This document shows, piece by piece, positions 32,275 to 42,194 of a DNA stretch of 50,275 bases; positions within the stretch are counted from its first letter, which is position 1, and each line of letters starts with the position of its first letter. Origin of the DNA: a virus (lineage: Duplodnaviria > Caudoviricetes); the IMG/VR virus record IMGVR_UViG_3300037755_000900, positions 1 to 50,275 of that record. One strand, 5' to 3'. Made by a program: the position numbers and the translations under genes. Under the pieces are notes generated by a model. It searched no databases, was not told where the DNA came from, and saw only the letters and a program-made list of their open reading frames with translations.

Positions 32275-34358
32275 ACGGGTATCTGGCGTTCCCGGAGGAA
32301 CCGGAGGCCCTGGCGGATGCTATGGACGTGGCACTGTCGGGGGCCATGGGGGAAAAAAACGTGGCGTCCGTGGGCTGGCTCACGGCGCACCACTACCTTC
32401 AGGGGTGCAGGGATATCAGCGTGCAGTCCTGGAACCGGGGTAGCGTGCTGGCCGCCTACGAGAACGATCTGGGCGAGCTGATGCTCTCCATGCCCACGTT
32501 GAACAATCTGGTGCGCACGGAGAAGGGTAGGCTGATGCGAATGCTGACCGGACCGTCGGTCGGCCGGGAGGGATTCGGTCTGGACAGCGTGAGGAATGCG
32601 GGGGTGGCGCAGGCGATTCTGTCGTACATGGCGGCGCGGTCGGGGCAGTGGGGGCCGGGTACGATCAACTTCCTGCGCAGGGTCGTGAACGCGCTGGTGG
32701 AGTTCGGGTGCATGGCGGTGCATCATTATAGGTGCCAGGGAGATGACATCGGATCGAGGACCGCCGTGGAGGTGGTGATGCCCTGGGAGCTGTATTCGGT
32801 GCCGGGGAAGGTATACTCCCAGGAGGAGGAACAGGGAATTACCCGGTGCCGGAAGGTTCCCATGGAGTGGCTGCTGGGGCGGGAGGGGTTGGATGTCCCC
32901 CGGAACCGGGATGAGCTGGAATACGAGGAGGTGCCCTTCGGTGCCAGGCCGTCCGGCGAGTGGTTCTCCGATGATTTCGGGGGAAGCAGTGGGTCGGGGG
33001 GCGTGGAGAACGCCAGGAGCAGAGCCAGGGAGCGAGACGTTACGGATGCGTCGAGAGGGCACAGGGGGACAAGCACCGGAGGAGACGCGCGGAGGCAGAC
33101 GCAGCAGTGGGTTCGGGTGATGGAGACGTGGCTCTATGCGCCCCAGGGGTATCTGGGGAGATACATAGTCAAGGCGGGGCGGGCCGTTGTGCTGGATCAG
33201 GTGTACTACGACTCCACGAAGGGCTTTAAGAACAAGGTGGTGCCGCCGATCTACAAGGGGACGTACTCAGGGCCGGGATTCTATGGGCGTGGGTACGCGC
33301 AGTTGATGCTGGGGATCACGTACGAACTGGAGAAGATGCTGGCCAACCAGTTCCAGAACGTCAGTGATATGGACCAGTACCCGTTCGTGGCCGTGCCGGC
33401 GAACTCCGGGCTATCGGAAGCACAGGTGAAGAAGCCCGAGAGGCGCAAGGTGTTGTTCTACGAGCCCGATCCGGTCATGGGCCAGAAGCCCATCTATACG
33501 GTGGAGCCGCCCAAGAGCGGTCTGTTTCCGGCCAAGGTGTTGGAGTTGGGGATGGGGGTGTTGCGGAATGAGAGCGGTCAGGGGGCTATCTATCAGGGGG
33601 ACTCGCCGGGAAGGACGGAGTCCGCCGCCAGTCTGGGGTTCCTGTACGAGACGGGGAACGTGAACCTGGTGGAGGTGTCCAATGCTATCGGGGACGCGAT
33701 GGCCAACTGCTATGCGTCGATGTTGCAGGCGGCGCGGGTGGAAATCGAGCGGGAAAGTGCTGAGGGGAATGAGGGCGGAAAGCTGAAGCTGCCGATACTG
33801 GACGACCGGATGATCGGGGTGGTGGTGGACCTACAGACGGGGGAGATGAGCCTGAGCGATAACCCGGTGCCGGAGCCGTGGGAAGTGAAGATCGACGTGG
33901 AGGAGCGCACGCTGAGATCGAAGGAGCAACAGAAGCAGGAGGCCGGGGTGATGCTGGAAGCACAGATCATCACGGACACCGATTTCCGTATCCTCAATGA
34001 GAAGTTGGGGCTGGGGTTCCCGGTGCTGGACAGGAGTGAGTGGGAGGCATGGCGGAAGGCGGTCGTGACCAAGATACTGCTGTTCCGTGATGGGAGGACG
34101 CCGGGAACGGTCACCGGGCACATCGAGGCGGACAACCCGGAGATCATGTTGAGGGTGATCCAGGAACTGATGGCCTCCATGGAGTTCGCCGTGGCCTCGG
34201 TGGAGGTGCAGGATGCGTTCGTGAAGCTGAAGCAGGCGTACGAGGCCATGCTGCCGGGGTTTCCCGATCAGTTGCCGGGAGTGGAGTCCCCGATGATGGA
34301 GCAACAGGGCATGGGAGGTGGGCGGGGAGCAGGGATGGCAGCTACCGGGGCTGCCTGA
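32271..34358 (+). CDS. Portal protein
   Basis: 695 aa after TerL; helical pattern and Met/Gly-rich tail typical of podovirus portals. Confidence 0.75.
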   Translation: MNGYLAFPEEPEALADAMDVALSGAMGEKNVASVGWLTAHHYLQGCRDISVQSWNRGSVLAAYENDLGELMLSMPTLNNLVRTEKGRLMRMLTGPSVGREGFGLDSVRNAGVAQAILSYMAARSGQWGPGTINFLRRVVNALVEFGCMAVHHYRCQGDDIGSRTAVEVVMPWELYSVPGKVYSQEEEQGITRCRKVPMEWLLGREGLDVPRNRDELEYEEVPFGARPSGEWFSDDFGGSSGSGGVENARSRARERDVTDASRGHRGTSTGGDARRQTQQWVRVMETWLYAPQGYLGRYIVKAGRAVVLDQVYYDSTKGFKNKVVPPIYKGTYSGPGFYGRGYAQLMLGITYELEKMLANQFQNVSDMDQYPFVAVPANSGLSEAQVKKPERRKVLFYEPDPVMGQKPIYTVEPPKSGLFPAKVLELGMGVLRNESGQGAIYQGDSPGRTESAASLGFLYETGNVNLVEVSNAIGDAMANCYASMLQAARVEIERESAEGNEGGKLKLPILDDRMIGVVVDLQTGEMSLSDNPVPEPWEVKIDVEERTLRSKEQQKQEAGVMLEAQIITDTDFRILNEKLGLGFPVLDRSEWEAWRKAVVTKILLFRDGRTPGTVTGHIEADNPEIMLRVIQELMASMEFAVASVEVQDAFVKLKQAYEAMLPGFPDQLPGVESPMMEQQGMGGGRGAGMAATGAA

Positions 34359-34395
34359 AGTCGAGTGAACCAAGAGAGCTGACAGGAGAGAGACT

Positions 34396-35382
34396 ATGTG
34401 GGAACGGAAACGTGGATGGTTCTATGAAGACGGTGCCCCAGAAGGGGGAAACGGCTCTAGTGATGCTGGGGCTGGGGCTGGGGCTGGGGCTGGGGCTGAG
34501 AGTGGAAAGGGGGCTGAGGGGGCCGCGCAGGGAGGAGCGGTGCTGAAGTGGGGAGACAAGGTGCTGACCCTGGAGGAGGCGCAGAGGAACCTCAAGATGG
34601 CCGAGGAGAAGGCCAGGGGCGCGGACAAGGCGCTGAGGGAGAGGGCGGAGGCCGTCAAGGAGAGGGACGAGTCTCGCCGGATCATGGCGGACATCAAGGC
34701 GGCCAACAAGGGGGACATGGAGGCTGCTCGAAGGCTGGCCACGTACGATATCGGGGTCACCGCTGAGCAGGTGGACGAGTTGGAAAAGCTCTGGAACAGC
34801 GGCGGCGAGGGGGACCGGAAGGCACCACCGAAGAAGGTGGGGCTGAAGGACCTGGACGAGGAGACCAAGCAGGAGGTGCTGGCTGCGAGAAAGAAGCGGG
34901 CTGAGGAGTGGAAAGAGACCAGTTTGAAGACGGTGGACAAGGCACTTGACTCGGATGAAGTGCTGGGGGATATTGTTAGTGGGGCTGCTGCCGCGGATCG
35001 GAAGAGGATCAGGACAGCGGCCCAAGAGGCTCTCAGACGGCGAGTACAGGAGGCCGTTACGGCCAATCCGCCCAGAGAGTTCCGGCTGACCGCCGATGTT
35101 CTACAGTCTCTCGTTCAGGAGATGAGGGGCTACGTGAGCGAAATCGGGCTCCTGCCGGACGGGGAGGGTGGACCTATAACGGACGAAGCACGCCGGGCGG
35201 GGGTTCTTCCCCCTACCCTTGGAGCGTCCCCTGGCGGGGCGCAGACACTCCACCGAAAGCGAGAGGCTCCCACGAGACCAAAAGAAGGGTACCGCGGGGA
35301 CCGGGACGAGATGGCGGACTACGCCGGTAGGAAGATCGCTCACATCTTCAACACGACGGGTGGAGACGATTTTCAGGGCTAG
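34396..35382 (+). CDS. Capsid scaffolding protein
   Basis: Charged coiled coil between portal and capsid; (GCTGGG)n repeat near start. Confidence 0.7.
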   Translation: MWERKRGWFYEDGAPEGGNGSSDAGAGAGAGAGAESGKGAEGAAQGGAVLKWGDKVLTLEEAQRNLKMAEEKARGADKALRERAEAVKERDESRRIMADIKAANKGDMEAARRLATYDIGVTAEQVDELEKLWNSGGEGDRKAPPKKVGLKDLDEETKQEVLAARKKRAEEWKETSLKTVDKALDSDEVLGDIVSGAAAADRKRIRTAAQEALRRRVQEAVTANPPREFRLTADVLQSLVQEMRGYVSEIGLLPDGEGGPITDEARRAGVLPPTLGASPGGAQTLHRKREAPTRPKEGYRGDRDEMADYAGRKIAHIFNTTGGDDFQG

Positions 35383-35472
35383 GATGCCGGGCTCGTAAAG
35401 GTTAGTGGCCGTCATTCGGCGCAGTGATGGATGTCCCGCAGGTGCCGGGAGTGCGCTTAAGGGGTATCCATT

Positions 35473-36912
35473 ATGGCCGCAGCTACGGTCATCGGGTCCA
35501 TTTCACAGTACATTCGGGAGGAGTTGAGCTACTCCAAGAAAGAGACCGCGCCGCAGGTGGACGGTGTGTTCTCTCGCATCTACGAGACCAGCCGCGGCGT
35601 CAAGATGGGTATCGGCCGCAACTGGCAGGTTCTGGTCACGTTCACCACCGGGCTTGCGGGGGGCTTCAAGAACGTCTCCGCGGCCGGGCCTTCCACCCTC
35701 GATCAGGCTTCCACCGGTCAGGCGAACATGTGGGATTCCACCACGCTGCGGTCCTATCCGACGGTGGGGCAGGTCGCCACTCCAGCCACGGTGCAGAAGA
35801 CTCTGACGCTGGTGCAGGGCATGGGAGCCTTCCTGTTGCCCTGGCACTATGCGCAGGCGGAGGCGCTGGGGGATAACTCCATCGCCGATCCGCTGGACAT
35901 CATCATCCGCCAGACCGGCAAGATGGTGAACCAATCCGAGGCCAACCATTTCTACACCAACAACGCCACCACCAAACCGATCTTTATCGCCACCACCGTG
36001 TCTACCGATGTCACCACGAACGGGGCGGCGACGTGCGTGTTCTCGTTCGCGGCGGGGACGGCCAGCGTGGGACGGATCGGACGGCTCATGCCGGGCATGT
36101 TGGTGGACGCGATGGACGTGTCGGCCACCCCGGACGCGGTGCTGACCCAGGGGACGGGCGGCGTGGTCACTACGGTGGACTACATCGCCAAGACGTTCAG
36201 TGTGTTCTTCCCCGAGGGGGCGGTCACGTTCGCGGATGGGGACTACTTGATTCAGAGCGGGTCCACCAGCGCTTCGAGCGCGACGGTGGGACCGAGCGGG
36301 GCCGAGAGCTGGCTGACGGATACGGGAACGGTGTTCGGCATCTCACTGACCACGCACCCACAGTGGAAGTCGCTGGTCGCTACGGTGAACGCGGTGCTGG
36401 ACGGAGCGCAGTTGGACAAGTACGTGGGCGGGTTCTACGACGCTTACGGCGGCATGTACGACCTGGACAGCGTCATTATCACCAACGGAGCGCTGACCGC
36501 GTACCGGGAGAGCTACGATGGGCTCTTCAGGTATGAGCGGAACAACCAGAGGCTCCGGCTGAAGGACGGCTGGAGCGAGATGGACTTCGAGTGGAACGGA
36601 CGGCGGTTCCAGTTCCTCACCAGCCGCTACCAGAAGGCGGGGCAGGCGTACATCATCAAGATGGAGCAGGGGAACATCCGCTGGTACGTGCCGCCGCCGG
36701 TGGTGGACAGCCAGACGAAGAAGGAGTTCCCCCGGAACATCCAGTTCACGGCGCCGTTCTACGGATCGAGGAACATCTTCCTGCCCGAGCGAGCGGGGAC
36801 CACGGCCGCCCTTACGGAGTTCAACACGGCTCCGTTCATCTGTCTGCGGGAGTGTTGCCCTGAGCAGATTCCGGGCATCTTCCTCAAGAACCTGACGGAG
36901 ATCAATCCGTAG
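35473..36912 (+). CDS. Major capsid protein
   Basis: 479 aa after scaffold; strongly biased codons; followed by a strong hairpin. Confidence 0.75.
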   Translation: MAAATVIGSISQYIREELSYSKKETAPQVDGVFSRIYETSRGVKMGIGRNWQVLVTFTTGLAGGFKNVSAAGPSTLDQASTGQANMWDSTTLRSYPTVGQVATPATVQKTLTLVQGMGAFLLPWHYAQAEALGDNSIADPLDIIIRQTGKMVNQSEANHFYTNNATTKPIFIATTVSTDVTTNGAATCVFSFAAGTASVGRIGRLMPGMLVDAMDVSATPDAVLTQGTGGVVTTVDYIAKTFSVFFPEGAVTFADGDYLIQSGSTSASSATVGPSGAESWLTDTGTVFGISLTTHPQWKSLVATVNAVLDGAQLDKYVGGFYDAYGGMYDLDSVIITNGALTAYRESYDGLFRYERNNQRLRLKDGWSEMDFEWNGRRFQFLTSRYQKAGQAYIIKMEQGNIRWYVPPPVVDSQTKKEFPRNIQFTAPFYGSRNIFLPERAGTTAALTEFNTAPFICLRECCPEQIPGIFLKNLTEINP

Positions 36913-36936
36913 CCTGAAGGTGCGGTGCAGATAGAT

Positions 36937-36990
36937 CTCTCTCCAGGCGGGGCCGGGGCTGTGGCTTCGGTGCCCGTCCTGGGGAGAGTT
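36937..36990 (+). other. Long hairpin after the capsid gene (terminator or stabiliser)
   Basis: CTCTCCAGG...GCCGGGGC-TGTG-GCTTCGGT...CCTGGGGAG; no clear U tract. Confidence 0.55.
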
Positions 36991-37005
36991 GAATGGAGAG
37001 AGACC

Positions 37006-37425
37006 ATGTTTGATTGCCGTTTCGATCCTGAAACGCATCTAGTGGGAGAAACGCCGTTTGGAAAGTTCCTGAGAGATCACTTTGGGGATCCCTTGCTGTT
37101 CACGTATCAGCACAGGGTGACGCAGAACTGGATGGTGGCGGCCTGGACGGATGCCACCAAGCAGCGGATGCAAGAGCTGGCCATCATGGGCAAGGCGCCG
37201 GTGGGGAATCGGGGCATCGTCGAGTCGATCGAGACGATGGTGCGCGGAAACCCCGAAGGTGAGCGGATGAAGAGAGAGAACAAGGTCAGTTTGGCGCAGG
37301 CCAAGAAACGGCTGGCGGCTGTGGAGAAGGACGAGCAGGACGAGTATCACGATGCCATGAACTTTCTGGCGAGGTACGGCTGCAAGGGCGTGAAGCATCC
37401 CAAGCATTTTGTGGTCAACGGTTGA
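37006..37425 (+). CDS. Hypothetical protein
   Basis: GGAGAG SD before ATG 37006. Confidence 0.65.
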   Translation: MFDCRFDPETHLVGETPFGKFLRDHFGDPLLFTYQHRVTQNWMVAAWTDATKQRMQELAIMGKAPVGNRGIVESIETMVRGNPEGERMKRENKVSLAQAKKRLAAVEKDEQDEYHDAMNFLARYGCKGVKHPKHFVVNG

Positions 37426-37472
37426 CCACGGCGCCCCTGTAAGAGCACTCGTCGGGATAGTGGGAGACGACC

Positions 37473-37865
37473 ATGAAAGTGCATAGGTTCATTCGGAAGC
37501 CGGGCAGCAAGAACAACATCTTCAACATCTCGATCGCCACCCGTGTTGTGACGTCCGGGGCGGCCACGACCCTGGCTAAGACGGGTCTCGCCTACACGGA
37601 CATCACCAAGGCCGGCTACGTGCGCGAGGGTGCCGCGGCGGACGTGGCGATCACGCCGGCGGAGGGAACGCTGGGGACGTTCGTGAGTGGTGGGTTCGTG
37701 GAGGTGGACGCTACCAACTGTCCGGGGGTGTATCAGATCTGCATCCCGGACGCCGCGTTCGTCCGCGGGGCCAAGGAGGTGGTCATCGCGCTCACGTTCG
37801 CGGCGTCGACGGTGGCCGAGGACCAGCTCATTCACGTGGACCTGATCCGCGCCATCGCCTATTGA
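37473..37865 (+). CDS. Putative virion structural protein
   Basis: GGGAG SD; capsid-like codon bias; EVDATNCPGVYQ motif shared with two downstream genes. Confidence 0.6.
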   Translation: MKVHRFIRKPGSKNNIFNISIATRVVTSGAATTLAKTGLAYTDITKAGYVREGAAADVAITPAEGTLGTFVSGGFVEVDATNCPGVYQICIPDAAFVRGAKEVVIALTFAASTVAEDQLIHVDLIRAIAY

Positions 37866-37882
37866 CGAAGGGAGGCGTTGTA

Positions 37883-38560
37883 ATGGGCCTCCGCTTTCAG
37901 GGCGCTCAGTGGATGGGCGCGGACCTGCCCGTGCCTAGGGGGGTCTCCGTCTCTGCTTTCTGCCTGCTGCGAAACCCGTTGGGCGGTACGGTCATATCGT
38001 TTCGGTCTTTGCACAAGGGCTACCACCGGCTATACGTAGGAAGGGATCCTGAGGGGCACCTGTACGTCCGGGCCGCGACTTGCACGGGCTTGGGGACGCT
38101 GAGGGAGCACACTGGGTACGTGACCTTGAGTATGGGAGAGCCTTCGGCTGAAGAGTGGGTGCCCGTAGCGGTAGTATGGGGCCGAGACGGGGTGCGGTTG
38201 ACGGTGGCCGGTAGGGAGGTGAGTGAGTTGGGGGCGGGGACGATCTTCGCCCTGGAACGGGTGTCGGTGGGCAGACTGGATGGGTTCGTTCCCAGGGACT
38301 ACCTGCGGGCCGACGCGGCCCATCCGGGAGTCTGGGTGGAACACGGCTTGAACCGCAGGGAGGTCATGGCCCTTTGTGATGGGTACGCACCGGGGGTGGT
38401 CCACTCAGGGGGGCTGATCGACACCCTTCCATGGTTCAGGACCGGTGAGGGCACCCCATTGACGGTTGATGGGCCTCCGTTTCGGGAAGTGACTGTTGTG
38501 ACCGTGAGCCCCCCGAAACCGAAGAATCCGGCTCCCGTCGCGGCCAGGAGACCAAGGTAA
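37883..38560 (+). CDS. Degenerate LamG/concanavalin-like domain protein
   Basis: WVPVAVVW...LTVAGREV...SVGR...GVW...LNRREVMAL; GGAGG SD. Confidence 0.5.
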   Translation: MGLRFQGAQWMGADLPVPRGVSVSAFCLLRNPLGGTVISFRSLHKGYHRLYVGRDPEGHLYVRAATCTGLGTLREHTGYVTLSMGEPSAEEWVPVAVVWGRDGVRLTVAGREVSELGAGTIFALERVSVGRLDGFVPRDYLRADAAHPGVWVEHGLNRREVMALCDGYAPGVVHSGGLIDTLPWFRTGEGTPLTVDGPPFREVTVVTVSPPKPKNPAPVAARRPR

Positions 38561-38623
38561 TCGACGTCGGGGATGGCCCGGCGGCTCAGCAATGGACCGT
38601 TGGGGTTTTGTGAAGGGCACTAA

Positions 38624-39823
38624 GTGCTTGAGAAAATTCCAAAGCGCGGCCCCATTGCATTGGACGACCTCAGCGACGTCGATGCGCCAGCACCGTCGCT
38701 CAACAAGGTGCTGAAGTGGAACGGTTCCAGCTGGGTACCGGGTATTGCTGGCGACACTGCGGAATTTACCTTCTCGATCGACTCGTTCTCCGACGGCATC
38801 AGCGATACATTTCAACTCATCGGCGCCGGTACGTGGCTGGCGATCGGTGCCATTAGTTTCACGGCGACGTACAGCAACGCGCCGGGCGGCATGACGGCCG
38901 AAGTTGCGTTGTCTGGATCGGCGACGCCGTGGGCGGCGAATCTGTCGATGACGCCGGTCACCGGCCCGGAAACGAATACCGAAGCCGTCGATTACCCATC
39001 GTCGGCGACCGGGACCATCACGTTCACGCTTTCCCAGTCCGCCGATGGTACGACCGACATTGAACAGGTGTCGTTTGCGAACACCATGCGGTACGGCGAC
39101 TCGGCGCTCACGCAGGGCAACCAGACTGAGGCGAGCCTGGAGGCGCTATCCGAGGTTGCCGGTCCGAATGAGAGCCGTACCCAGACGATCAGCAACATCT
39201 CCACGACGGCGAACTATCTCGTGTTCGCATGGGCGACTAGACTATCGGACATTACGCAGATTCGCCGGGACAGCGGGTCAGGCTACGTTACGGCCTCGTT
39301 CAACGCGACGCGCACAACGGTCGCGCCTGCCGTGCAGACCGTTGCCGACGTGACGAACTCCGCTGGATTTACGGAGTCTTTTGATTGCTGCACGGCGACT
39401 GACACCGGCCTAGCCAACGGGACCAACGATTTCCAAATGGTGAGCGGGACCACGCCGCAAAACTACATCTACTGGGGCGAGCTTGCTCAGGATGCCGGCG
39501 GTGACGGCGGCGCGGTCTACTCCGAGGCTGACGTCGAAAACAACAACGCGAACCAGCCAGGCAAAGTGGCGTCAAATACGATGTCCAGTCGGTCGATGGC
39601 GGTCAACTGCACGGCCAGCGAGTACGTCTACATCGCGTATCCCGCGCGGCTCGGGGCGCTGACGTCGATCGTCATTGGCGGATTCGAGTCGCTATCGGAT
39701 TTCTGGACCGATAACACGACTCTCGCTGTGACCAATGATGCCGGTTTTCAGGAGAATTACCGAGTGTACGTGTCCAAGAATCCTGGGTTTGTGGACCCGA
39801 CAACCATGCTGGTGACTATCTAA
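38624..39823 (+). CDS. Tail fibre/spike-like protein
   Basis: LDDLSDVD...VLKWNGSSWVP fibre motif; Thr/Ser-rich beta repeats. Confidence 0.65.
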   Translation: MLEKIPKRGPIALDDLSDVDAPAPSLNKVLKWNGSSWVPGIAGDTAEFTFSIDSFSDGISDTFQLIGAGTWLAIGAISFTATYSNAPGGMTAEVALSGSATPWAANLSMTPVTGPETNTEAVDYPSSATGTITFTLSQSADGTTDIEQVSFANTMRYGDSALTQGNQTEASLEALSEVAGPNESRTQTISNISTTANYLVFAWATRLSDITQIRRDSGSGYVTASFNATRTTVAPAVQTVADVTNSAGFTESFDCCTATDTGLANGTNDFQMVSGTTPQNYIYWGELAQDAGGDGGAVYSEADVENNNANQPGKVASNTMSSRSMAVNCTASEYVYIAYPARLGALTSIVIGGFESLSDFWTDNTTLAVTNDAGFQENYRVYVSKNPGFVDPTTMLVTI

Positions 39824-40380
39824 TGCCGTCTGTGGTCGGAGAGATGACGAAAGGCGCCGTATTCGACTACGTGGTCGACGCGGGCAACGTCGGCAACGTC
39901 ACTGCGAGCCGGGCCGTAGTTAGCGACGCCGACGGTCTGCTCGACGTGTCTGCTACCACAGCGGCGGAACTTGGTCACGTGTCCGGCGTGACGTCGGCGA
40001 TTCAAACGCAGATCGGCACGAAGCTGACGTCTTCCGGGCGCAAGGGTCGACCGTACGGGATGCGAGCTGACGATCCGACCGCTGCCGAGGAATATTTCAT
40101 CGGCTATACCGATGTGGCAATCACGATAACCGAGGTCGGAGGTATTACCGATGCCGGCACGGTGACGGCCATGCTGGTATGGCGGGCCAGGACGGCGCCG
40201 TTCTCCGGGGGGACGAATGTACTGTCGGCAAACATCGTATTCGACACGGACGAGCAGGTTACAGCCGGGTTCGCTGACGCCACAATTCCGGCGGACTCTG
40301 TTCTGTATCTGACCACGAGTGCGGTAGCGAGCAGCCCGACAAAGCTACAGGCGTACGTTGAATATACGATTGACGCGTAA
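39823..40380 (+). CDS. Fibre-associated protein
   Basis: TAAELGHVSGVTSAIQTQI fibre-type motif; TAATG coupling. Confidence 0.6.
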   Translation: MPSVVGEMTKGAVFDYVVDAGNVGNVTASRAVVSDADGLLDVSATTAAELGHVSGVTSAIQTQIGTKLTSSGRKGRPYGMRADDPTAAEEYFIGYTDVAITITEVGGITDAGTVTAMLVWRARTAPFSGGTNVLSANIVFDTDEQVTAGFADATIPADSVLYLTTSAVASSPTKLQAYVEYTIDA

Positions 40381-41096
40381 TGGGTTTTTCATTCCAACAG
40401 CTCGACGCCGACGGCCTGGACATCGCCCCCGGTCCCTCCGGTACGCCGACGTTTTCGACGGGCGTACATCTACGCGGGCTGCCGGTCAAACACGGGCAAC
40501 TCACACAATCGCCGAACTCAATGGATCACGATCCGACCGGCTCGCCGCCGGTCTATTGGCCACAAATGCTGGTCAAACAGGCGGCGATCGGCGGAACGGC
40601 TGGAACCAACACGTATTCCCCGGTTATGAAATCCGGGTCGATCGACAGCGGCTGCGTCCAGCATACCATGCTGGTGGAGCCGACGTGGGCGATTCCGGCC
40701 GGAGATTGGGTGGTGAGACTGCTGGCGCCGATCCAGGCGAACGGCGACAAATCGGTGATCGCCGTGGCGGCCGGAGTGTGGGTCCGTAACGGCACGGTGT
40801 GGACGAATTCTACGCCTGCGATATTTCAGCACACGTTTGCTAGTGCCATACCTCTGTCACAAATCGGCCCGACGTCGATCGAGGAAACGATTGCCGGCTC
40901 GGAGGTGCTGATCGACCCGGCGGATGATGAGCGATTTGTCACGATTTGCTGGGCGATGCGCAACGCGATAGTGAGTGCGGAGGCGTTTAGCGTGTACTCG
41001 CAGGCGATTTACGATACGCCGATCGTGGCGACGGCGCAAGGAGTAGGATACACGCTGGGCCAGCAGGGCGGGTCGCACAACTACGTGAGTGGGTAA
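40380..41096 (+). CDS. Putative structural protein
   Basis: TAATG coupling; beta-rich. Confidence 0.55.
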   Translation: MGFSFQQLDADGLDIAPGPSGTPTFSTGVHLRGLPVKHGQLTQSPNSMDHDPTGSPPVYWPQMLVKQAAIGGTAGTNTYSPVMKSGSIDSGCVQHTMLVEPTWAIPAGDWVVRLLAPIQANGDKSVIAVAAGVWVRNGTVWTNSTPAIFQHTFASAIPLSQIGPTSIEETIAGSEVLIDPADDERFVTICWAMRNAIVSAEAFSVYSQAIYDTPIVATAQGVGYTLGQQGGSHNYVSG

Positions 41097-41097
41097 A

Positions 41098-41994
41098 ATG
41101 GCCACTTCCCGAGTAGAAACGAGTAGCACGTATTCCGTGCAATTGACCCTGACGGACGCCGCTGGGATAGTTGTGCAGGGCGCGACCGTCTTGCTAAGTG
41201 CCAAGCGGTTGTCAGACGACAACTGGTATGTCGGCGGCGGAACACCATGGCAGGCAGGCTACGGCACCGTAGCAATGACCGAAATAGACCCGGCGCCGAG
41301 CGAGGTCGGGGACGAGGGGCGCTACGAATACGACCTGCCGATCGGGGCCACGCCGGACACCTATTTGCTCCGCGTCAAATACACGCACGTCGACGGGACC
41401 GTGGACTATTATGAGGATGAGCTTTTGGCGTTCGATGCGCCGAGTGCAGCTAAACTTTCGGCGCTGCACGACGATCGGCTGACCGCGGCCCGCGCTGGGT
41501 ACCTTGACGAGCTGGCAGCTGCCAATGTCCCTGCGGACGTCGACACGCTGCTCGTCCGGCTGACGGCAATACGCGCCGGCCTACTCGACAACCTCGATGT
41601 GGTGGTGTCGAGCCGGTCGTCCCTATCGGCAGCCGAAGTCAACGCCGAAGTCGATACCGCTTTGGCCGACTACGATGGGCCGACGAAGGCGGAACTCGAT
41701 GCAGGGTTGGCGGCGCTGAATGACCCGTCCGATTCAGAGATAGCTACTCTGCTGAGGACGGCGCTGGGGACCAACGGAGGTGACGTAATCGCGGAGCTGG
41801 CTCAGGAGCAGCCTTCGGCGACCCCAAGCGTGGCGGCTGCGATCATGCTACTATACATGATGGTGCGAAACGAGCTGGACGTGACGGTGGCCCTGAAGTC
41901 GATCAAGAACGATGCCGGTACGGTGGTCTGCAAGGGTGCCGTCTCGGATGACGGCACTACGTTCCAGAGAGAAAAGCTGGTGTCAGGACCGTAG
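41098..41994 (+). CDS. Putative structural/fibre protein
   Basis: Internal repeat RLTAARAGYLD / RLTAIRAGLLD; ATG immediately after upstream stop. Confidence 0.6.
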   Translation: MATSRVETSSTYSVQLTLTDAAGIVVQGATVLLSAKRLSDDNWYVGGGTPWQAGYGTVAMTEIDPAPSEVGDEGRYEYDLPIGATPDTYLLRVKYTHVDGTVDYYEDELLAFDAPSAAKLSALHDDRLTAARAGYLDELAAANVPADVDTLLVRLTAIRAGLLDNLDVVVSSRSSLSAAEVNAEVDTALADYDGPTKAELDAGLAALNDPSDSEIATLLRTALGTNGGDVIAELAQEQPSATPSVAAAIMLLYMMVRNELDVTVALKSIKNDAGTVVCKGAVSDDGTTFQREKLVSGP

Positions 41995-41996
41995 CC

Positions 41997-42194
41997 ATGG
42001 CGGTGGACTCAGAAGATAAGCGGCGATCGGTGGTCTGCAACGATGTGCCGGGGTCCATGCCTCCGGTGCCGGATACCAGCGTGCAGCCGGGGGATCGAAG
42101 GCACATGGGGGACGTGTACCGGATGCTGCTGCCGGGGACGGCGGGACCGGTGGGTGGCTATGAGCAGAGAAAGCAGAGGGGGGCAACCCAATGA
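41997..42194 (+). CDS. Small hypothetical protein
   Basis: AGGA SD; packed between structural genes. Confidence 0.6.
   Translation: MAVDSEDKRRSVVCNDVPGSMPPVPDTSVQPGDRRHMGDVYRMLLPGTAGPVGGYEQRKQRGATQ

Noticed and set aside
32346-32362. A-AAA-AAC slippery heptamer early in the portal gene
   Set aside because: Near the start of the gene with no useful -1 product evident; likely chance.
34464-34498. (GCTGGG)n repeat as a phase-variation switch
   Set aside because: A 6 bp unit preserves frame and encodes a flexible Ala-Gly linker.
22550-38623. Genome-wide stop-codon reassignment suggested by in-frame stops at 22550, 25349 and 38621
   Set aside because: The three cases use three different stop codons, all core genes are intact in the standard code, and there is no suppressor tRNA.
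38624-41994. Diversity-generating retroelement acting on fibre genes
   Set aside because: No reverse transcriptase and no template/variable repeat pair seen.
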